DNA of 64,000 nt from Ruditapes philippinarum. Lineage: Eukaryota. Positions 37,651 to 51,909 of this stretch are shown piece by piece; position 1 is the stretch's first letter; each line of letters opens with the position of its first letter. The translations under genes and the position numbers were made by a program. The DNA is taken from contig NW_026865328.1 of NCBI RefSeq assembly GCF_026571515.1, positions 1 through 64,000 of the forward strand, in the 5' to 3' direction. The notes beneath the pieces were generated by a model. That model had not been told where the DNA came from and did not search any database. It saw nothing but the letters and a program-made list of their open reading frames with translations.

Positions 37651-39730
37651 TGGTAATTTGGCTGTAACATTTTTTTAGTTTGGTCAAAACATCTTTGCCG
37701 ATCTGTTGCCATTTTAGTGATACGGTGTAAAATATCACACATACGAAGCAAATTTGACTATACAAATATTCTAGCAGTGGAGGCATACTTATATCGTCCT
37801 AGTCTGTCATTTTTATATCGGCATCATGGCCATTATCATTATCGCCATTATTATATGATTATCTTTATTATAATCAAAAATCATCATCACTTACAACCAT
37901 CATCATAAGACTTAGCAGCAGCGGCACATCGTCATCGCATCGCCATCACCACCAATATGTACTGTTAGGCTATTGTTTTTGATATTTCATGTTTTTGGTG
38001 AGCTTATGTTTGAGGTGAAAAAGGATATTTGTTTGTATATATTTCGAGTGAAAAACGGAAATAAAGATATTTTCGTAAGTGCGAATCGCGAGAACGAGTA
38101 AATGTGTGGAATTCATAATACTTTGAGTTGGTATATATTCCATTTATATAAATACGAAAAACAAGAACGTTTTCTTTATTTCATGAAAACAACAACAGCT
38201 TTGTGAAAAATAACGAAAAATAATATTATTGTTCGAGCTTTGCAAAACAAACAACAAAGTCTAGTGGCTTGTGTTCTTATTCGGAAAAACTATACTCAAC
38301 GCAATACATGTATTTTGATTTTGATTTTTAAGATTGTGTTTTATGCTCACCGAGAATTATGTTCAATTATAATGTTTTGGTCATGTCGACAAATCAATCA
38401 ATTCCGTGTTAATTACGAAAATGAAACAAGCATGTCAGAGTTTCCCTTTAAGGAAGAAAATATATCAATTTTCCTTCAGTCGACATTGGGGATTTACAAT
38501 GTATCACTCACTGCCAAACCAGCATGATTCCATACATCCTTCTTATAGAACTCAGTTTTTCAATAGTTTGAATGACAAAAAAAAATAATAGATAAATACA
38601 GAATCCATAAAGAAAGCCCAACACGCAAGAATTGAAAATGTTGCAGGCTCGGTTTGATTGAGCCTGTTCATGGACGGTACTGGAAAGTGCAAGTTACCGT
38701 CCAAGCCCCCCTAGCACCGGCTTAAGCAGAATTCAACATTTAACACGAAACTGGTGAAATTTTGAATTTAGAAATATCCGCAGATGTGTTCATACAAAAC
38801 ATAATTTCTACTTCGATTAAAGTCATTTACAATGCTAGAGTTACTCTGCTTGTACATATCAAGATGTAAGATTATAATATTCTTAAATTTGCTCAATAAT
38901 ATATATTAAACTCATTTAGAAATTTTGCTCTTAAAACGTATTTATGAATCTGATATTGAATATAGCTAGATATAATAAACCTGTTTTAATTATTGAAACT
39001 GGTGAAAGATATTTTGAAAAACAAATTTAGATTTTGTAAAAGATACGATACATTCGCTTAAAATATGCGTATATATGCTGACGTCATTTTTCTAGGTCGT
39101 TGAACACCCTTTAAATGTTTTTTTTATTATTATTTGCCCATCCATGTAAAGAAATACTATGCTAAACCTAACTTTGATCATATCTATTTCACGATGAAAT
39201 ATGCTACTTAAAATAAAGTTTTTTGCATCTTAATTTGAATTTAATGAAATTTAGGGAAAGAAATATGAATATACACCTCTTTAGCAATGCATCACAAGAG
39301 TTGTTCGTAAAATATATAATTGACAATGTATTTTAGAACAACTCAATGATGGAATGCTGGCGTTAAACTTATAAAACAGTTTAAGATCAGTATAAAACAA
39401 GCATGTATATATTTTATGAAATGTAGTTTCATATTCGTGACAAAATATGCAACAGCTCACCCGATGAAAATTATTTATTTTTTTAAATAGCATAACAATT
39501 CTATGTTGTTCACCATAATAATTAACAATCATGATAAACATTTCCACAGGAAGATCCATTTTTTTTCTATTTTCTACGTATTCTCTTTGTTGTTTTTTTA
39601 TAAAAATAATTTAATATACCTGAAAAATGAGATTGTTGTTTACAATGAGGAAGTTACCTTCACCTGTATCTCTAGCTGTGTAGATAGTTTATGTAAAGCT
39701 GAAATAGATACTATATAGTATCCTGTTGAA

Positions 39731-40090
39731 TCAACACCATATAAAGGTGAAGTCATTTATGTAAACATCCTTCCGACTTCCCTTCGTGGCGTGCACGTCG
39801 CTCGGAAGGATTAGGTCACACCAGATGGGTGACCTAGTTAGGTCACTTAGCTGGTGTGACCTAACCAACGACGAAGGGTGTGGCCCTAAAGAGAGCTGTT
39901 GCTCCAGGAAGAGGTGCCTTTCCTCTATTGTCATTTGTTCATCGAGCGAAGAATTTGGTCCTAGAGAAGGTCTACGACGATTGACAGCTTGAAAAGACCT
40001 CCGTCGCGGCTCTACGACATCGACGACGTTGCAGGCGAATAAGTCCTCCGTTGCAGGCTCTACGTTACCAGCAATCGTAATAGAGGCCGA
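39731..40090 (-). CDS. Putative terminal coding exon of an unidentified gene
   Basis: GC-rich island with 119 open codons plus stop (SASITIAGNVEPATEDLFACNVVDVVEPRRRSFQAVNRRRPSLGPNSSLDEQMTIEERHLFLEQQ...FTFIWC*). Possible acceptor cccagactag| at 40091. No homolog or upstream coding exon recognised. Confidence 0.4.
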   Translation of the reverse strand, partial: SASITIAGNVEPATEDLFACNVVDVVEPRRRSFQAVNRRRPSLGPNSSLDEQMTIEERHLFLEQQLSLGPHPSSLVRSHQLSDLTRSPIWCDLILPSDVHATKGSRKDVYINDFTFIWC

Positions 40091-41212
40091 CTAGTCTGGG
40101 ACATATGGGAAACCGGCGCCCAGTATAAAAAAAAAACTAAAAATAACATAAAAAAATAAACATCTGTCAATAAACTCGTTGAAAACAACATGATTTCAGG
40201 GTCTTCGACCATAAGCCGCATTGTCCGAGATCAAATGTTACTGAGAACATTCACCTTTGCGTTCAAGCTAGCAACTCATTGTTTCTGATAATTGTAATAT
40301 GTCAAATATACATGTCTATTATGTTATCATGAATCAGTATCATTTCTGCATACATCTATATAAAACTTAAATGTTTGTTTTCTTCTCGATATTCATATTC
40401 ATGATAAATTAGCTATTTACTTAAAATAGACATTGAATTGTGTATAAAACTTGCTATGGAAACAGATTACCGGCTTCTTGTATAGACGATTTACCCCCAT
40501 TCTTCTTATTGACTTGTATATAACACAATTTTAGATACCTTCCTTATATATCTGCCATTAAAATGTCAGTATATTATGTTACAGCACAAAGTTACTTACA
40601 TTTAACGTAACGTCTGCAAGAAAATTTGTAAGTTTTCACAAAAGGTTGGTATAGTTCGATTTTTACGATATCGCAGAACTGTTGATTGCGCCTTTTGATA
40701 TTGTTATTATATTTGATTATATATGGCAAATATGTTTTTAAAATCCGGTTTCAAGGCGACCGACTTTCCACATTATACGTTCTGATCATGCATGTAAAGA
40801 GTGGTACGTTTAGTATTACGTAAATTTGTCGCAATTCTATTTATGTTTGATTTTATTTACCTGTTCAATTGCTTACTGATTATACGGTCTGTGCACACAA
40901 ATATATATAATATGCGATAAATGTACGTTACATTTCAAGATATAATTAAATCAAAGGGCTGCAAGCTCTGTGGCATTTTCTGATCTTTGCAATCTAAATT
41001 GTACTGTGTATCTGTATGTATTTTCCTGTATATGTTTATGTACTATAATTCATCTTGAAAAGGAACCAGAGTTTTGATAACATACGGAATTTTGCATAAC
41101 TAGAGTTGCATCAAAAAATCATTTATGTTCGTTTTTCATGACAGCCACACTTTATCTTTGCATATCGTGACTACTTCCTTAACAAAGACACTTAATACAA
41201 AAATAAAAAAAA

Positions 41213-41283
41213 CCTTGCCCCGACAGGGATTTGAGCCCAAGACCTCTCATACATTAAACAAGCTCGTTACCACTGCACCACGG
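41213..41283 (-). repeat. tRNA-derived fragment (SINE head or tRNA pseudogene)
   Basis: Minus strand shows A-box-like TGGTGCAGTGG and B-box-like GGCTCAAATCC at tRNA spacing. No intact cloverleaf. A similar weaker remnant lies at ~58475-58520. Confidence 0.5.
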
Positions 41284-42239
41284 ATTAATTTCGATTTATT
41301 TTGTTTACGATAAACCTGTTGTTTAAAATTGATGTAAATAAGTAAGCAAAAATCTTTTCACCAAAACAGTCCGACATGTGGAATCTAATATATTCCACTA
41401 TTCGACAGTCAGATTTATTTGTGTAGTATTCGGTAATCGACATCACTAAAATAGCATTTTCATTGGTTAAAATCATATTAATCCGCGTAAGTTGTGATTG
41501 TGCATTTATTGACAATTCTATAAGCCAACGCTACTTTTAAACTTTGAATGCGTTGTAATTTGGTGGATACTTGGAACAAAATAAAAATATTTCTTTCTTT
41601 TAAATCGCTAGTTTAGAAGCTGTTTTGAGAACTACTTGTTTTTTAGGCTTGTCGTTAACCGCTGTGTCAGATATTGAAAGTCAGCTTTGTATTTCCTGAT
41701 CGTCGATCAGAAAATACAAAAACTTAACGTTGTTATGTCCAAATATATAAATTTATTGAGTCAACCTTTCTTTATACAAAGTGAACTCATGAACATATTA
41801 CATGAATTAAACTGAACAAATATATGATGTCAATGTGTCTTTATATGGTGTATAGACAATATAAAACAATCACAATTTTTTAGCATGGAATATATATATT
41901 TACAGTCAAACATTGTATAAAAAAGGAATCAAATTTGTGAAAGATATCATAAATAAACAGGGTAATATTGTAGATTTGATATCATCTTTAGAACAGGTCA
42001 CAGGCAAACCTGTGAAGTATTTTTACTGTATCATAGTTTAGAACAGGCAATAAAATAGTGCATGCAAAAGTTTAATAACTTTTTGATTAGCAATAATTTG
42101 CTGAATGTTCAATATCTAATAATAATCAACTCCTATATTAAACTTATTTTAACTATGGATATTAATAAGAAATTTGCTTATGAAATTATAGCTAAAACTT
42201 CAGACATACCTACAAGTCAAGAAATGTGGAACACATATT

Positions 42240-43660
42240 TTAACCCATTACGCGTTATATATACGCCTTTTAACGCCATTTTACCCCCCTCCCTCTTTTT
42301 GGTGTCTCAAATGGTAAAAAATGCCTTATTTAGGCCCCTAACACTTGTTTTTGTTTGAGAAATGTTGTTTAAAAAAAGTGACCACTTTTTCGGCGCGGCC
42401 CCAACCAAATGATACATCAGGGGGTTGCCAGAACGGGGATGTGCCCACTTCTGTTTGGGGGTTGGCCCCCCTGATCGCCAAGAAAATTTTGGACTTGTGA
42501 GAGGCTAAAAATGACCACAGATCGATCATAAGGTAACATGTAACCAACAATTTACTTTATCTCAATCCATTGAGAAGTTGCAGCTCTTTGAAGTGAATTT
42601 AGATAGGAAAAATCAACGAAAAATAGTGTTTTTTGCAATTTTGAGATGTCCCCTCGTTGCCATGGAAACAGGAGATTTAAGCCTGAGCATGTTGTTGCAA
42701 AGGCAATGGTCCAGTCAACACTTGTGCCAAGTTTGATTAGTATTGAAGCCGGTTTTCTTGTTTTTTAGCAATTTGAACTTGTAACGGGAGACTTTTCAAT
42801 GAAAACAGCCATTTTTCACAAAATGCTCATAAAGTAATGGGTTTATGAAAAAAAATCTACAAAACAACAATTTTCTTCAAATTTATATATAAGGCCATGT
42901 TGAAACATGGAAAACGCGATTTTGGGTAAGTTCAAGTATTCTCATCATTTTCTGTTAACCCATTACGCGATATGAACGCCTTTTTACGCCTTTTTCACCC
43001 CCTTTTTTGGTGTCTCAAATGGTGACAAAATGCCCTATTTAGGCCCCCAACATTTGTTTTTGTTTGAGAAATGTTGTTTAGAAAAAGTGAACACTACTTT
43101 CGCGCGGCCCCCCCCAACAGAATAAGAATCATAAGGGAGAGTTGCCGAAGGGGGATGTGCCGACACTTCTAGTTTGGGGGGTTTAAACGGGGCGCCGAGT
43201 CCCCTCAGAGGGCAGTAGAAAATTTGGGACCCTCTGTAGAAGGGCTCCAAAAGTTGAGCAAGAGAGATCGTAATTATAAAGGTAGACGTGTACCAAACTG
43301 CTGATAAGCACATTGTATCTATTACTGATGTTAATCTCAATGAGAAGATTGCAGCACTTTGAAGTGAATTTTTGAATATGAAAAAGAAACACAAAATAGT
43401 GATTTTTGGGCAGAAATTATTGAGATGTCCAACTTCATTGCCGAGTTGGTTATAAGGAATTGTTAAGCCTGAGTCATGTTGTGGTAATAGGGCAATGGTC
43501 ACATAGTATATAAGTAACACTTTGTGCCAAAGTTTGATTTAGTATTAGAAAATGCGAGTGTTCATTGTCACATAGCAATTTGAACTGTTCACACGGGAGA
43601 CATTTCAAATGAAACAAGCCATTTTTCACAAAAAGTGGTCTCATTAAGTAATGATTAAGA
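42240..43660. repeat. Tandem duplication of a ~715-bp unit (two copies)
   Basis: TAACCCATTACGCG at 42241 and ~42957, collinear thereafter with many single-base indels. Confidence 0.85.
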
Positions 43661-46599
43661 AATGACAAAAGAATTATGGACATTAATATATAGGTGTTTC
43701 TAGAAATAAAAGATTCATATACTAGTGAGTATTCCTAAAGCACGAATTACTTCAATAGAACTTTAGCGACAAATTTACTATTTAATAATTAAAAAAAATA
43801 TGTGGGTTTTAAAAATAAAAATTTGGTTGCTTGGGGGGGGGGAAAGCCCTAATAATATAAAATGTATATCATTTTAAAATAGGGTTAAACACAATGGTTT
43901 TTTTGGGGAATGTACAGCAAATTCAAATCCTAATTCTAATGTCAAATACATGCAGAGAATTTCGCAACGAGTTTATTATAATGTTTTATGTTTTATGTTG
44001 TTGTAAACCATTCATATTAGGTTCGAAAACTAAAGATTTTAAATATGACATATTGTTTTTAGAATTGACAAGAGATATTTATTTTGTCAAAAGAGCATAA
44101 AAATGGTTATTACCTACTATGTCATTTGGTTTTTAATAATAGTTTGAAATTGCATAGTAATTCTATAGGAATAATTTGAAGCAGGAATTGAGAAAATAAA
44201 TAGATTGGAGTCAATTATAAGATCCTAATATAAATTACACTTAACATGTGAAACGAGAACTTTACCTCATAAACATATTGAAGTTAAATTGGCTTAATCA
44301 ATAAAGGTATAGGATCGTGTCATATCAGATATTTTCATGGAAGAAATAGAGGATGTTTAATGGTGAGTAGTGGTAATGTTTATATATTATGTACATGTAT
44401 ATACTGTATGTGTGTTTTATAATATTTATATTAATGTAATTAGTATGTAATATATACATTGTATATTAATAAATGGTGAGATGTGTATGATGGATGAAAT
44501 AATACCTGACCTCCAACCTCATTACCAATCTTATCGTGTGGGTAATATAACTGGGTTATTCAGCCTAGTTCTGTCATTTATAAAAATAATGTGAAATTTT
44601 GAATATATTGTATGAACTAATATATATATACAGCAAACAATTTATGATGTCAATGTCTCTTTATATAATGTCTATCTATCAATATATGATGTTAATTTTT
44701 CAGTAAATTGTTTGAAACCGTTCTTATATCGACTCAAAATACCAGTATTGTATGCGGAATCATCCTTCTATAGAGTCAACTTACCGATATATGATGTCAA
44801 TGTGTTATTACATGATGTCAATGTGTTATTATATGATGTCAATGTGTTATTATAGCTATGCTCAATCTCTCGTGAGCATCACAACACGATAAGCATAATA
44901 ATGAAATATAATTTGTTCATTATTATAATAGAGGTCAGAGAGATAGAGAGTAGGAGGTTTTTGTATTATTATATGTCCCTTACATGAGGTCCAGTTCTTT
45001 CAGTATATTATTGTGCATTTAACGGATATAATCAAGCTTTGTACCCGGTGGAGCGATTCTATATAGAGTCCAATGTGTTCATGAGGATCAAAAGTCGGTC
45101 CTGACGAAACCTGCGGATAATGCATCTATCTGTACGTGGAAATAGGCCACAAAGGAAACGCCAACCATAGAGACGTTATATATGTTCAAAAATGTTTTAG
45201 CCAGTGATACAGCTATATCAGGGTTAATCGCCCTAAGATGATGTGATGTGGTGGGCCATTATAATGCCATACATATATTTCATATCAGTTAAAGCAGACA
45301 TTTCGTTGGAAATGATAATGTTCTCCGTGAAATTGCTACTCTTTTTTCTCTCTGAAATTATCTTAAAATCTGTTAACATGTGAAAGAACTGAAAAAGATA
45401 CTCAATCTCTTGATAGAAAATAATAGTTGTATTACATTTCTATGATAATGGAATTTGTTTGGATATACTGTGACATTACGAAAAATAGAAAAACTTATGG
45501 CATTATTGATGCTTTAAGTAACATCTTGTATGTCCGCCCAATTCGTTTGAAAAACAAGTATGTTCATAATGTAAATTAAATCGTAACACTCGTCATTGTT
45601 AGGGCTAAATGAACTAATGTACCTAATTTCATACACATACCTTCATATTTTGGACGCAAATTATTCTTTATTGACAATATGAGGCACAATTGTATTTTTT
45701 ATAATGATTTAAAGTTTATGTGTGTTTTCTATTATGAATTGAGTTTCTCAACTAAAGGTAGAGGTGGGTGTAATTACCAAGTCTACGGATAGATTAGCCA
45801 CTGCCTTGAATAATCAAAATGTCCGTATTTGATCATTATTTAGATTGAACCTTATACTTGATCTGTATGGGTTCTAAAAGGGGTTATATGGGATGAGTGT
45901 GTGTGAGTAGTATACCTAATATGAAACAACATATGAATAAAAAAGCTATTAATCGCTATCTCCGTCTTGGTTTCTTGTTTTAGTGCGTAGATTGTTATAT
46001 GTAGCCCATCCAATATATGAATATTAAAAATGGAAAACATTAACCCTTTTTGCTAACACCACGGCCCCTGCAACTGGATACAAATTCATATTTTGATCAC
46101 AGCTTACTGTTAATCGATATAAGGTCCTGATTTCCTTCAATACTCTACTGCAAGGTTGAAACTGTACTTTAAAAATCTTTCAAAATATCAGTACAGTCTC
46201 ATCGAGCCATAAAATTAATATTTTTTGCGGTGATCGATACTCCTATCATCTCTGGCCATGAGAGACGACTAATATGTATTATTGTCTGTGTTAACGTAAT
46301 TGATAGTATCTAAAAATAGAAGTATATGTTAAGTAAACAAGATACTTGTTTATATCTACTGAGTGCTTTCCTTATGTGCATCAGTATTAGAATAAGAAGC
46401 AAATTTTTTATTAATTGGATGGAAAAAATTGTCGTTTTTTTTCTATTACTATTTTTAATATCGAGAGGTCAGCACTGTGCTTGGCAATTGTGAGCAGCAG
46501 TATCAGAAATTAAGACGTTTACTAAAAGAGATAAGAACTCGTAATTTATGGAAATTGACCAAATAGTTGTTTGATGACATAAAATATGTGTAGTCCACG

Positions 46600-47450
46600 T
46601 TAAAAAAAAGCTTGTGAGCTTCAAGGAATCAGTTTTAAACCGCAAAAACTTAAGAAATTCTTGACGCCACAGTCTTCAATTTGGCATGGAGGTTAGTGCA
46701 TGATTATTAGATGACCCTATTGATTTTGGGATCAAAGGTAAGGTCCACAGGGGCCTTTACTAAAAAAACCCTTGTCTGTCCAATGCCTTTGATTCCTTGA
46801 ACCCGCAAGTCATCAAATTTGACAAGCAGGTTGGTCATGATCATTAAATGACCGCTTCACTTTTTGAGGTCAGCTGGGTCAAAGGTCAAGATCACAGGGA
46901 CCTTGATAAAAAGCTTGTCTGTGTTCATTGTTTTAGAATGTTTGGTCACAGTCTTCATATTTTGGTAATGAGGTTGTTATGAAGTTTATGCCCCCATTGA
47001 TTTTGAAGGTCAAAGGTCAAGGTCAGAAGGTGCCCTTGACTGAAGAAGCTTGTCTATCCAAAATTAAGAATCCTTTGACCACATCATATTTTCTTGGAAG
47101 TTTTAGTCATTGACCATTAGATGGACCCCTATTGATTTTGAGGTCACTTGGTCAAAGAGGTCAATTGGTTACAGGGGTTCTTGACGTTAAAAGCTTTGTC
47201 TGCCCATACTCTAGAATCATTTGCTCCACAATCTTGATTTTGGCATGGAATGTTGGGTCATGACCATTTAGTTCACGCCTATTGTTTTTGAGGTCACTGG
47301 GTTCAAAGGTTAAGGTAACTTTGCCTTAGGTTCAAAAAGCTTGTCTGCTCAATTGATTAAGAATGTCTTTGGTCAACAGTCTTCATATCTTTATTGTAGG
47401 TTGGTTATGAACTAGTAACTGACCCCTATTGATTTTGAGGTCTTGGTTAT
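46600..47450 (-). repeat. Decayed ~140-bp tandem array of HINE/Helentron-internal type
   Basis: About six units with GACCCCTATTGATTTTGAGGTC...GGTCAAAGGTCAAGGTCAC...AAAAGCTTGTCTG. Element termini not found. Confidence 0.7.
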
Positions 47451-49872
47451 AAGTCATATGCAGAGGTTAACATGATTAGTGGGATTGAAGTAACAGATCC
47501 TCTTTTAAGCAATAGTATTTATTTCACCACTTAACAAGCAAGAAACAAGTAACATTTTTCTTTCTGCACTACGGAAAATGTACGATGACACATAAGTACA
47601 TTTGTGCCGATTTTAATTTTAATCTCGTGCGCCCGAGATCCATGTCGTTGCCACGAGTTACAATTGTTCTGCTCACGAAATAGCCATGTATGTAACTATG
47701 GTATCAGTGCAGTAGGAGATATATTTAAGTTGTGCGCTGAAGCAAGTTGTATCTAACCTAACATCTGCCAGGAGTTGTGAGGATTTCGGGCGCACTATCT
47801 GACAGGTAATTAAGTGAGTGTCGTCAACGAGATACAATGTTCAGGCTCCGAAACATATATGCGGGAGCACATCACAGCCTAAATTATCCTCGATGCTCAC
47901 AACAACATATAACATAACTCGTTGTTATGACTTAACTTCGTGGGCTCATCACTAATATAAGTTCATGCGATATAACACATAAAGTCACATCGCCACAATT
48001 GTACGCACAGTCAAAATTACAAATTGTCATGAGAGGTCAAAGTTTTTCGGAAAGTTACCCAATGGCTTACACTTCATTACTGAAGGCGATGACTGAGATC
48101 AGTGCTAGCCACCTCGCATGGTTACAATCTAAAGGGGAATTATTCACGCCTTGCACATAAAAGAAGGTGGGTTAACAGACCTGTTACTTAAGCTGCATAA
48201 AGGGGGGGGAAGGGTATTCCAGTCCATCTAGGTGGCATATTTTAGGTTTTTGAATTCGAGTTCCACAGTACCAATAAGAGATGCAGAAAGAGTAGAACTG
48301 AGTTGCAGACGAGATATTCTCTATGTACAGAACGAACGACAGGGAGGTGATAATAATGCTTAATGCCAAACTTAGATCATTCTCTGGGATGAGTAAACAA
48401 CATGTAACGCTTTAGAATCTTAATGAGAAATAACATTCATCAACCTTAGTGATTAATTAGCAACATTCATGGCACACAAAATTAATAAAACTGAGACATG
48501 TCATAATAAGTTCCTTTATTTTTACACATAATCAGTTGTCAATGACATTTGGATGGGCAAAATAGAACAAGTTTACTATATTTATGGTAATGTATTATAG
48601 AAATACAAACAATTAATACCTAAAGTCACTTTAGCTACTGTTGTATTGCTTGTTTTATAAGGCGTGTCGATGTTCACTACAAGGGATAAAAGAATAATCG
48701 AGAAATCAACTCTTAAATATATTTGCTATGAGAAGAAAGACTATTGTTGGTGATATCTCTATAAAGCTCTATTTATACAGAAATAGCTTTGAGAAACATG
48801 CCCTCTGCATTATCTATGACAAAAATCAACAATAATAACAAAACCAATGTGTGACTTAAATAGTTAATTGATTGAGAAGGCATAGCCCAAAGTAAAACAT
48901 GCTCAATATAAAAGGTAATGTTGTGTGTGTTTTTATTTTATTATTATTCAGAATGTAGAGAAAAAACGAGCAAATATGTTACACTAGACTGCTACAACTT
49001 ACATTACACATTTTCAATCATAGTTCGGTTAGCTCAATTGGAAGACCGTTTGGGTGTAAATTGTTATTCGCTCTTGGTATGTACAGAAGTAATATAGAAG
49101 TGTGCGAAAGTGAAGCCTTATACTAGTTAACTGTTTTACAGCTTGTCCGGATAGGCAGGGACGGCGGTGAAGATAATAGGGTACATTAGCCCCCCTAATG
49201 CAAAGTGACATCTTAAAAGACATGAACTTTGCTTGGCACATACAGCTCTTATTTAGACTGACTCCCTCATAATTGTCACAGTTTACTGTACTTACCAGAA
49301 CTAATTTGACACTCTGCAGTTACCTAGCTTTCTAAATAAACACCAATTAATACTTCAAAAATCAAGCCTTTAAGGATATAACAGGTGATATGTGCGGGAT
49401 TATTGATAACAAAACTCTATGAAATTTAAAAATAATTCAGTGCTCCGTACCATTGTTTTCATACCCTAGTTCATACCTAATATTTTTGTATTAAAAGTAT
49501 GGTATATAAAGACAATTTTTCGTTGTTGTTTGTGTCTTTTCAAAATCTAGATACATTATATATCACGAAAAGAGCTGACGAGTTGATACTCCATGACAAA
49601 CCCGACAATTGTTAAAACATTTGAAAGTTGGTTGTTTTCTCCATCTTCCTTCTTCATTATTATTACTATTATTATCATTATCATCATGATTATTATCAAA
49701 TTTTATATTTAAAAATGTTTATAATTGCTACACAATCTCTGTGTAAATATTAAATAAACATGTTTTAACTTCACACAAAGAAGAAATGTTGTGTTTAAAA
49801 TTCTACACGCTATAAGTGGTTACAATATGAGTATATAGTGTCATTAAAAAATGGCAGTTTTTTAAGAAAATA

Positions 49873-50823
49873 CAGTGAAATTTGAGAAAACCGGACGCTG
49901 AGAAAATCGGAACTCTCTAAATACCGGACGAATAATTCAGTCCCAAATTTTCCCTTCTTTAAACTATTGTATTAAACATTGACAATACCGGAATCTGTAA
50001 AAACCGAATACCGGACGGTTGATTGGGGACTACAAAGTCAATTATATAGACAATTACCCTGACAATACCGGACGCCGAATGTGTGAAAAACATTGTGTAC
50101 TTATCAATTGGTTGTGTCTAATACGCTAAGTGAGAGGTAACGGAAACAATTGTCTGATTTGTTTATACTGTCTCATTTCACAGTTTGATTTATTGTAAGG
50201 TATAGATGTTACCGTTTTATATAAATGCCAAATGCACGAAGACATTGATCAGTTACAATCAGTATGAATAAAAAATAGAGTATTTTTCTATTGTGTTTCG
50301 GCAACGGAATCGAAAATTTATCGGCGCTAAGTTCTATTCCATGGCCGAAAAGTAATTCGACGAGAGATGTCTACATGTGACAAAGTTAGATTAATTAAAA
50401 AACAGTGAAACTTTACCGAAAACCTACTTTAAAAATCTGACCAATATTTTATTATTATAAACAAATAAAGTAAACTATATTCGTTAAATCATTACCCATT
50501 ACCCAAATGTAAAAAACATATGCGGATCGTTATGAGGTCACTGCTGTTCATTTATATCCCAACTTTTATGTCTTTATATGCAATAATGGGACAAAAAAAC
50601 AATTAAAACATATTTTTTTTTTTGTATTCTTATCATTTCTTTATTTAGCAATATAGGTACACATGATCTTGAAATGCAAATATACAGCATCCTTAGTAAG
50701 TCATTGCTCGGTTATAATATAAGATCCTGAACAGCTGAAGGGGACATTGAGAATACCGGACCGCTGAGAAAACCGGACAAAACCCTCAGTCCGAAAGCCG
50801 TCCGGTTTTCTCAACTTTCACTG
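49873..50823. mobile_element. pogo/Tigger-like MITE (Tc1/mariner superfamily), TA TSD
   Basis: TA|CAGTGAAATTTGAGAAAACCGGACG ... CGTCCGGTTTTCTCAACTTTCACTG|TA, with repeated subterminal AATACCGGA motifs. Confidence 0.88.
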
Positions 50824-51067
50824 TACCACTTTTACTTGACCTGTAATAGGGAGCACAGCTTCCGATATATAATTTATTCATTCTTTTATTCAAATTGGAC
50901 ATATTTGGTCAGAATAACATAGATTTCAATAAACTTCTGTGATAAAAATAGTTTACGCAATGATGGGCATAGTATATCTTTAAACTGACTCAGCTCAGAA
51001 AACAAAACAGTTCCTGTGGCGTGATTGGTCTTTAAGGAAATATGCAGGAATTCAAATAGCTGTTTTC

Positions 51068-51909
51068 CATGGTGGCTGATTTGTGCCTTTCGTGTTTTCC
51101 CCAAGCGAAAAGTCGAAAACTAACAAGTTAAAATGGCGATGGCGCGCAAAACACGCTAATTAGCGGGGGTGCAGGGCGAAGTTTAATAAATAAAATTTCG
51201 CGCCGCGGGGCCGCAGATCGAGATTTAAGAAATAAAACGGCGGGTCGAGGGATTAAAACACGCCAATTAGCGGGGTCGCGGGGCGAAGTTTAATTAAAAA
51301 ACTTCGCCGCGCGCCCTAGCTAATTAGAGTGCTTTCGTCCCGCGACCCCACCAAGCGAAAAGTCGAAAATTAAAATTATGTTAAATGGTTAACTGGCGGG
51401 GGCGCGCAGCGAAAACACGCTAATAAGCGAGGGCGCAGGGCGAAGTTGAATAAATAAAACTTTCCCCGCGGGAGCATGGAGCGAGATTTAAGAAATAAAA
51501 CGGCGGGTTCGCTGGACGAAAACACAATAATTAGCGGGGGCGCGGGCAAAGTTAAAAAATAAAACTTCGCAGGGGGCCCTCGTTAATTAGCGTATTATCG
51601 TCCCGCAACCCCGCCAAGCGAAAAGTCAAAGAATAATATGTTAAAATGGCGGGGGCGCCGAGCGAAAACACGCTTAATAGCTGGGGCGCTTATTAGCGTG
51701 TTTTCGTCCCGCGACCCGGCCGTTTTATTTCTTAAATCTCCCTCCGCGGCCTCGCGGGGCGAAGTTTTATTTATTTAACTTCGCCCCGCGCCCTCGTTTA
51801 TTAGCGTGTTTTCGTTGCGCGTCCCCATCATTTAACCTTATTTATTTTCGGCTTCTCGCTTGGCGGGGTCGCGGAGCGAAAACACGAATGGCACAAATCA
51901 GCCACCATA
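51068..51909. mobile_element. GC-rich IS3EU-type MITE
   Basis: TIRs (C)ATGGTGGCTGATTTGTGCC and GGCACAAATCAGCCACCATA. Near-perfect 6-bp TSD GTTTTC/GTTTTT. Internal direct and inverted subrepeats (AAAACACGCTAATTAGCG). Confidence 0.8.

Noticed and set aside
41213-41283. Functional tRNA gene
   Set aside because: A and B boxes are present but the acceptor and anticodon stems do not pair. Kept only as a tRNA-derived repeat.
45075-45115. Possible hammerhead ribozyme core (CTGACGAAAC)
   Set aside because: No CTGANGA plus stem II plus GAAA arrangement with flanking stems could be built.
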